From an uncultured Gammaproteobacteria bacterium (lineage in GTDB: Bacteria > Patescibacteriota > Microgenomatia > Levybacterales > GWA1-39-11), in assembly GCA_964504535.1 (NCBI GenBank), contig CAZDED010000007.1:12353-76352 (forward strand): a stretch of DNA of 64,000 nt. Direction: 5' to 3'. The number at the start of each line of letters is the position of its first letter. Positions within the stretch are counted from its first letter, which is position 1. Both the position numbers and the translations under genes were made by a program. This document shows positions 58,340-64,000 of this stretch, piece after piece. The notes below the pieces were generated by a model, which saw nothing but the letters and a program-made list of their open reading frames with translations, was not told where the DNA came from and ran no database searches.

Positions 58340-59689
58340 CTATTTGTTAGCTGCTAGATTGAGTGCTTTTTTCAAGAATGGAGCTGTTTTAAAAGTAATG
58401 ACATTTTTATACCCAAACTTAACAGCTTCTTTTTCCCGTTTCTCCAAGTTTATCACGCCTTTCGTTTCACCTAATAGCCCAACTTCTGCAATCGCAACCG
58501 TTGAATTTAAAGTAAACCCTTTGATGCTTGAAGCTATCGCTAGACTAATTGCGAGGTCTGATGCGGTCTCGGAAATTTTAAGTCCTCCAACAACATTTAC
58601 AAAAACATCGTATTTATCAGTACTTATTGTACCATGCCTTTGTAAAACAGCGAGTAAAAGTTCCAATCTTCTATCAGCAATTCCCTGAGCAACCCGTCTC
58701 GGAAATGCCAATTGCGAGGGAACGGCAAGCGCCTGGACTTCAACGAGTAAAGGACGGGATCCTTCCATGACTACTGTTATACAAGAACCTGGAACAGTTT
58801 TTTCATTCGTACCCAAGAAAAAGTCTTTTACATTTGCGATTTCGGATAATCCTTTCTCCTCCATAATAAAAATTCCTACTTCACTTGTATCCCCAAATCT
58901 ATTTTTGAGTGCACGTAAAATTCTTGTCCCGGTCAAAGATTCACCTTCAAGATACAAAACGCAGTCAACCATATGAGCAAGAAGTTGAGGACCAGCGATC
59001 GTTCCTTCTTTGGTCACATGTCCGATGAAAAAAACAGGTATTTGACTGCTCTTTGCAAAATTAACCAACTTCATTGTTGAATATCGTAGCTGTGGCAATG
59101 AGCCTGGAAATCCGGTAGCATCATCTGATGAAACAGTCTGGATAGAATCTATGATCAGAAGGTCTACTTTTTTGTCAGTAGCCGCGGCTACTGCCTGATC
59201 AATATCTGTACTTGAAAGTATGAAAAGGTCTTGATTTGATAGTACTTTTTCACTCACTATTCTTTCTGCTCTAATGCGGATTTGCGATTCACTCTCTTCT
59301 CCACTAACATATAATACTTTCTTTCCACTACCGGCAATATTTAACGCAATCTGAAGCATTATGGTAGATTTTCCAATCCCAGGATCTCCAGATAGAAGAA
59401 TTACCTCTCCTGGAACTATCCCCTGGAATTTCTCTTTGCCTCCCAAAACGCGATCAAATTCTGAGATTGTTGTTGTAATACGGGATAATTGTGTACTCTT
59501 GATTTGTCCAATTTTCTGTACATTTTGAGGCATAATTGGACTTTTTCGGCTCGCAACTCCTCCCTTTGGTTTTTCTGGAAGGATCATTTCTTGGAATGTA
59601 TTCCAGCTCTGACAATTAGGACAAAGACCTAACCATTTAGAGGATTCATTGCCGCAGTTGTTGCATACGAATATTCTTTTAGCAGCCAT
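58340..59689 (-). CDS. radA: DNA repair protein RadA/Sms
   Basis: CNNC…CPNC zinc finger, GDPGIGKST, IIDSIQT, KNRFG. Confidence 0.97.
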   Translation of the reverse strand: MAAKRIFVCNNCGNESSKWLGLCPNCQSWNTFQEMILPEKPKGGVASRKSPIMPQNVQKIGQIKSTQLSRITTTISEFDRVLGGKEKFQGIVPGEVILLSGDPGIGKSTIMLQIALNIAGSGKKVLYVSGEESESQIRIRAERIVSEKVLSNQDLFILSSTDIDQAVAAATDKKVDLLIIDSIQTVSSDDATGFPGSLPQLRYSTMKLVNFAKSSQIPVFFIGHVTKEGTIAGPQLLAHMVDCVLYLEGESLTGTRILRALKNRFGDTSEVGIFIMEEKGLSEIANVKDFFLGTNEKTVPGSCITVVMEGSRPLLVEVQALAVPSQLAFPRRVAQGIADRRLELLLAVLQRHGTISTDKYDVFVNVVGGLKISETASDLAISLAIASSIKGFTLNSTVAIAEVGLLGETKGVINLEKREKEAVKFGYKNVITFKTAPFLKKALNLAANK

Positions 59690-59696
59690 AATGGAA

Positions 59697-59775
59697 GCGT
59701 TTAGTTAATAGCGTTTAGCGTTTAGTTAATTTAAATTTTGAAACTAAACCCTATACCCTAACACCTAAACCCTAC
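59697..59775. repeat. Inverted pair of heptamer arrays between the rpsA-like gene and radA
   Basis: + TAGTTAA-TAGCGTT-TAGCGTT-TAGTT facing - TAGGGTT-TAGGTGT-TAGGGTA-TAGGGTT-TAGTT. Confidence 0.75.
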
Positions 59776-59776
59776 G

Positions 59777-60901
59777 TTAGCGGTATCCAATGACTTTTGT
59801 CTTGAGAACTGGGGAAACAAGTATGAGTCTCTTTTTGTCGTCAAAATCAGTTATTTCAACCTCAACCTTGTCATCTTTCTTATATTCTTTGTCCGTAGGG
59901 ATCTTTGAAGACGAAATAAATGCGGTGACGTTCTCCTCAACTTGAAGTGTAATTCCTTTTGATTTAACATCAACTACTGTTGCTGTTAATGTGTCTTCTT
60001 TCTTATATTTCTTCTTAACGTCCTCAAAATTATCTTTCTCAAGCCTCTTTAGCGAAAGATTTACTCTCTTGTTCTCTACATCTACTCCTATTATTTGTGT
60101 TTCAAGAGTCTGTCCAATCTTGAATTTACCCTCAAGTCCTTCTACTCTTTGGTGACTGACCTCTGAAATATGGATAAATCCTTCGATCAAAACGCCTTCC
60201 CGTGGAGAGACCTCAAGGTAAATCCCGTATGGTGTAACGAGCGTAACTAGTGCTTTTACAACAGTATCTCTCTTTACTTCTTTCTCAATCTCAGAAATAT
60301 TCATGAGGTAGTGCGTTGCCTTTTGACTAACAATTACTCTCTTTTTCTCGCGGTCAAATTCGATCACCTTTACGTCAACTAAATCCCCTTGCATAAGTCG
60401 CGCGTCCAAAAGCTGGGAGTTAGGAAGAAATCCCTTAATTCCCTCTTTAGTTTCGATGAAATATCCGCCACGAGTTACCTCAAGTACATAAGCTTTGAGC
60501 GTCGTATCAGCTTTAAATACTCCTTCAAGAGCTCCATATACTTTCTCTTCAAGCATCCTTCTTAATGAAAGAACGGGAAACCCTTCTTCAGATTCAGGCG
60601 AAATAACGCTTGCAGTAACAGTATCTCCAACTTTTAGAAGACCTAATAGATTCTCCATGTTTTGTTTGTCGTATTCGATAACTAAAGCGTCAGACTTATA
60701 ACCGATATCAAGAAGTATCTCTTTTGGAGTTAATTTTTTAACTGTACCTTTAACATTATCCCCTCTCTTTAGAGAATGGAATTGTGGAGATTGACGAGCC
60801 ATAAGCTCCGCCATAGAAGACGCATTGCCTTTTGTGTTTGAGGTTTGAGCTTTGCTTTGCATAGGCTCTGCCTTGCTAATTGTTTTTGAAGTTGTTGGCA
60901 T
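59777..60901 (-). CDS. rpsA: S1 RNA-binding domain protein (30S ribosomal protein S1-like, 4 S1 domains)
   Basis: GDNVKGTV…LSLRR; GFLPNSQ…VIVSQK; EGFIHISEV…VNLSLK; SD AAAGGA. Confidence 0.85.
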   Translation of the reverse strand: MPTTSKTISKAEPMQSKAQTSNTKGNASSMAELMARQSPQFHSLKRGDNVKGTVKKLTPKEILLDIGYKSDALVIEYDKQNMENLLGLLKVGDTVTASVISPESEEGFPVLSLRRMLEEKVYGALEGVFKADTTLKAYVLEVTRGGYFIETKEGIKGFLPNSQLLDARLMQGDLVDVKVIEFDREKKRVIVSQKATHYLMNISEIEKEVKRDTVVKALVTLVTPYGIYLEVSPREGVLIEGFIHISEVSHQRVEGLEGKFKIGQTLETQIIGVDVENKRVNLSLKRLEKDNFEDVKKKYKKEDTLTATVVDVKSKGITLQVEENVTAFISSSKIPTDKEYKKDDKVEVEITDFDDKKRLILVSPVLKTKVIGYR

Positions 60902-61016
60902 CTGTATATGTTCCTTTCATGTTAGATGAATGAATTTTACCATAATATAAGCCTAAATGTAAAGAAATAATGTGTTGAATACCAATAAACCTATTGCTAT
61001 ACTCAAAAAAATAATC

Positions 61017-62234
61017 ATGAACAAAGAAGCTGAAACTAGAGCGTCTACTCGAGCATCATTTAAAGGAGGACAAACAACTGTTCTTCATGGTGATGAACAG
61101 GAACATACTCATGATGATATTGTTGCATTCGGACAGCTCCTACGAGAATCTTATACACCAACCAATGGATTCATCCCACTCATTCTTGACTCGTTCGCAA
61201 CCCCCCAAAATCCATTAAGTAAAATTGAATTGGCGAATGCATTACATGAAATCTTCCCATCCTTGGAATTCCCGTCGACCAATACCTCCAACCTTTTGAG
61301 AATTTCTAGAACATTAGGCCATAATATTGCCATAACTAAAGCTGGCAGAAATTCTAGTTACTATTTGGACAGTATGTCCGAAAATACTGAAATAGCCCCT
61401 ACTTATAAATCTAGAGCAACCAAAACTGAAACTCTAAGACAACTCATTGAAGAAGGCACACATAGTAACAGTCAAATCATCGATACTTTATTTCCAAATA
61501 TGAGAACGGAGAGACAATCTAAAAATTTCTCAGTTCACCTCACCGAACTCAGAAACAGATTGAAAGAAGAAGGTGCATATATACCTGATAGGAGATTGTC
61601 TCCCGAAGCTAATTTGAGAATACTCCACAATCCCCCAACCCTATTGAAAGAAGGAGCAGAAACGGCTCTAGCATCAGACATACCATCAAATCCCACATCA
61701 GATAGAGGTCAAGAAAGAACAGAAAGGACAACAATACCCTCAGATCCCAGAAATGTTAAACAAATCCCTGACGTAATCGAAAAACGCTCTGTCCTAAGAA
61801 ATGAGAACAACATACCAAGACTTATTAGATATAAAGACCCTGATACACAACTTTTATATGTACAGATAGAGACTCCAGATGGCAAACATACAAAGCCATT
61901 ACATTTTACTTCTGACGAAATCAACCTCTTCCGCACGATTTTTGAAAATTCTGATATATACTCCCGAGTTAGATTAGAGATCGCTATGGTTGATATTTCA
62001 AGAAGTACGACGTATGAAGGAAGTGGAGGTTTTGAGCTTACATTTAATACACTGAATCAGAAATTGCTCAAAGAGTGGAACATTTGCATGACCTTCAATG
62101 AAGAAGGACGTGCGGTCTTAGGTAATCCCGATCAACATCAGAACCTGACGATAGATACTAAGCGTAGCATAATAAACCAAAACTCAGAGAGACAGCCTGG
62201 ACAGGTCCGAAAAAGAATGGCTCCACGCGGTTAA
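61017..62234 (+). CDS. Hypothetical protein with possible tandem winged-helix segments
   Basis: TATACT promoter before the ATG at 61017; segments such as FSVHLTELRNRL resemble the OmpR/PhoB-type wHTH (inference). Confidence 0.6.
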   Translation: MNKEAETRASTRASFKGGQTTVLHGDEQEHTHDDIVAFGQLLRESYTPTNGFIPLILDSFATPQNPLSKIELANALHEIFPSLEFPSTNTSNLLRISRTLGHNIAITKAGRNSSYYLDSMSENTEIAPTYKSRATKTETLRQLIEEGTHSNSQIIDTLFPNMRTERQSKNFSVHLTELRNRLKEEGAYIPDRRLSPEANLRILHNPPTLLKEGAETALASDIPSNPTSDRGQERTERTTIPSDPRNVKQIPDVIEKRSVLRNENNIPRLIRYKDPDTQLLYVQIETPDGKHTKPLHFTSDEINLFRTIFENSDIYSRVRLEIAMVDISRSTTYEGSGGFELTFNTLNQKLLKEWNICMTFNEEGRAVLGNPDQHQNLTIDTKRSIINQNSERQPGQVRKRMAPRG

Positions 62235-62288
62235 GCCCTCTTTGATGTATACTACAATACTAGAAAAACAATTTGGTATTATATATAA

Positions 62289-62909
62289 ATGGAAGGAATA
62301 ATAATTGGAATTATAGTGCTGGTTTTTTCAGCAATTCTGCATGAAGTTGCTCATGGGTTTGTGGCTGATAGACTTGGTGATCCAACAGCCCGCCTGGCAG
62401 GACGCCTGACTTTAAACCCCCTACCCCATATTGATCCAGTCATGAGTATTGCTGTCCCCCTTCTTCTTATTGTCTCTGGGTCTCCTCTTATTTTTGGCGC
62501 AGCTCGACCAGTGCCTATAAATCCTCTTATGCTTCGTGAGGGAAGAAAGGATGTTGCACTCGTAGCCCTAGCTGGGCCTCTTACAAATCTTTTTCTTGCT
62601 CTAACGGGAGCGTTATTACTAAAACTTCTTGGAGGATTTGCACCTCAAATCATTCCCTTTCTTAAAATTGTTGTTTTTTATAACCTAGCATTGGGTTTCT
62701 TAAATCTCATTCCTATTCCACCGCTTGACGGCTCTAAATTTTTCTCAATAATTCTGCCAGAAAGGGCAGCGCAACAATATTTTGCTCTTGCTCCTTTTGG
62801 AATATTTCTTCTATTTCTCCTTCTTCTTGCAACTCCACTTGGCGATATTCTAAACGTCCTTATATTCAATTCCCTTCACGCCCTAGGTATAAGTTCTATC
62901 ATCAATTAA
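62289..62909 (+). CDS. Site-2 protease family (M50) metalloprotease
   Basis: HEVAH, GDPTARLAGRLTLNPLPHID, VALAGPLTN, NLIPIPPLDG. Confidence 0.93.
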   Translation: MEGIIIGIIVLVFSAILHEVAHGFVADRLGDPTARLAGRLTLNPLPHIDPVMSIAVPLLLIVSGSPLIFGAARPVPINPLMLREGRKDVALVALAGPLTNLFLALTGALLLKLLGGFAPQIIPFLKIVVFYNLALGFLNLIPIPPLDGSKFFSIILPERAAQQYFALAPFGIFLLFLLLLATPLGDILNVLIFNSLHALGISSIIN

Positions 62910-62961
62910 GTATTGTGTCCTAGAGATTTTCCTGCTATATTCATCGCAACCGAATTTATAT

Positions 62962-64000
62962 ATGGTAGAACATCCCTTATCGGCTCGTGATCTTGGAATT
63001 GAAGTCTCCCACCATGCTGTTCCCATACCAGTAATAACCGAATTACTTGTATCCACCGGAAAAGTTTTCCCTACAGCAAAAACCCTTGGTCTTGCAGAAG
63101 GAAGCATATTCTCTAGAATTTATGATACTTCCAGGATCGCTGAACTAGAAGACAAAGGGTTAGATACTGACGAAATAGCAGCAATTGCGTTTGAGGAAGA
63201 AATACGCCTGGGAAAAATAGAATTACCAGTAATATCAAAAAGGGTTAGAACAAATATCACAGTTCAGGGAGTGTTACTACGTGACAAAACAGGTATTGGG
63301 TATAAAAATATCCCCACAGAAGGAAGACGCAAGGGCAAATACAGACTTTTTTATGATGTCGAGGGTGAGTTCACTCCACTGCTTAGACGAGGGAGTAAAT
63401 CAACTGATGAAAACCAACATGATATCACTGGGGTGATTCTTAGCGATCAAGAAGGAGAAGTCCGTAATAGAGAATTATTCTCTCATCCAGAAAATATTGG
63501 AGAGGAAGGAAGTCAAGTAAGAATTGTAGCAGATTTACTATTCTCACGCGCACTCACCCACAGAAGCTCGAGCAGAGAACTTTTGCTTGAGGATTTTACT
63601 TCACGCTACTTACATTTTCATCCTGGAACCGATACAGTTATGATTCGAAGCGCTTTTGACTATGGACTTGTGTTGCTAGAAAAAAAACTTATCAAAATTG
63701 ACAGCGCTTTCCAGATACCAAATTCAAAAAGACATCATAAAGATGCAATCGTAAAAATCGGATATAATCCACCTGCACCGATAGAAAAACAAGAGAACAA
63801 GATCCAACAAACCCCTGATATAAAGACTCCAGATCCTTCAGAAAAAGAAGGAGAAGAAATAGAGAATCCTATCGATTTATCGGTATTTGGTCAGTCAAAA
63901 ACTACTCTGCTTCGATATCTATTAAATTCAGGAAAGCCCAGAAGTCTAGAACATATAGCAATGATTCGCAGAAAAGAAGGCAAAACTGGTCCTCTTCAGG
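62962..64000 (+). CDS. Hypothetical protein, truncated by the window end
   Basis: ATG at 62962 (MVEHPLSARD…) with the frame open to position 64000; absent from the ORF track, presumably because no stop lies in the window. Confidence 0.7.
   Translation, partial: MVEHPLSARDLGIEVSHHAVPIPVITELLVSTGKVFPTAKTLGLAEGSIFSRIYDTSRIAELEDKGLDTDEIAAIAFEEEIRLGKIELPVISKRVRTNITVQGVLLRDKTGIGYKNIPTEGRRKGKYRLFYDVEGEFTPLLRRGSKSTDENQHDITGVILSDQEGEVRNRELFSHPENIGEEGSQVRIVADLLFSRALTHRSSSRELLLEDFTSRYLHFHPGTDTVMIRSAFDYGLVLLEKKLIKIDSAFQIPNSKRHHKDAIVKIGYNPPAPIEKQENKIQQTPDIKTPDPSEKEGEEIENPIDLSVFGQSKTTLLRYLLNSGKPRSLEHIAMIRRKEGKTGPLQ

Overview
AT-rich bacterial chromosome segment using the standard code (TAA, TAG and TGA all end genes). 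Gene content and style suggest Patescibacteria/CPR, probably Microgenomates; this is inferred, not tested. Housekeeping genes: uppP, a WecB/TagA glycosyltransferase, mreB, leuS, comEA with a split comEC, rho, pyk, radA and an S1/rpsA-like gene. Surface-structure genes are abundant: two WxL/DUF916-like clusters, a pilin-adhesin operon and a 2300-aa fibre-like protein. Five small GC-richer islands of orphan genes with Shine-Dalgarno (SD) sites are interspersed. Most unusual observations: (1) the 2300-aa fibre-like protein starts with two tyrosine-recombinase (XerD-type) core-binding domains ahead of its membrane helix and has no catalytic domain; (2) 7-nt-period 'YAG' repeats form inverted pairs around a four-helix-bundle gene, recur as empty pairs at gene boundaries and appear in-frame inside CDSs; (3) an intact tRNA-Thr(CGT) is nested in the anticodon loop of a second, degenerate tRNA-Thr; (4) the last 9 codons plus stop of mreB occur three times with only synonymous differences, with a similar echo after an M23 peptidase gene; (5) boxA-like motifs and long hairpins lie in the island leaders; (6) a two-copy ~165-bp covarying structured element and a ~425-nt structured non-coding region. 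All family assignments come from motif recognition by eye; no searches were run.
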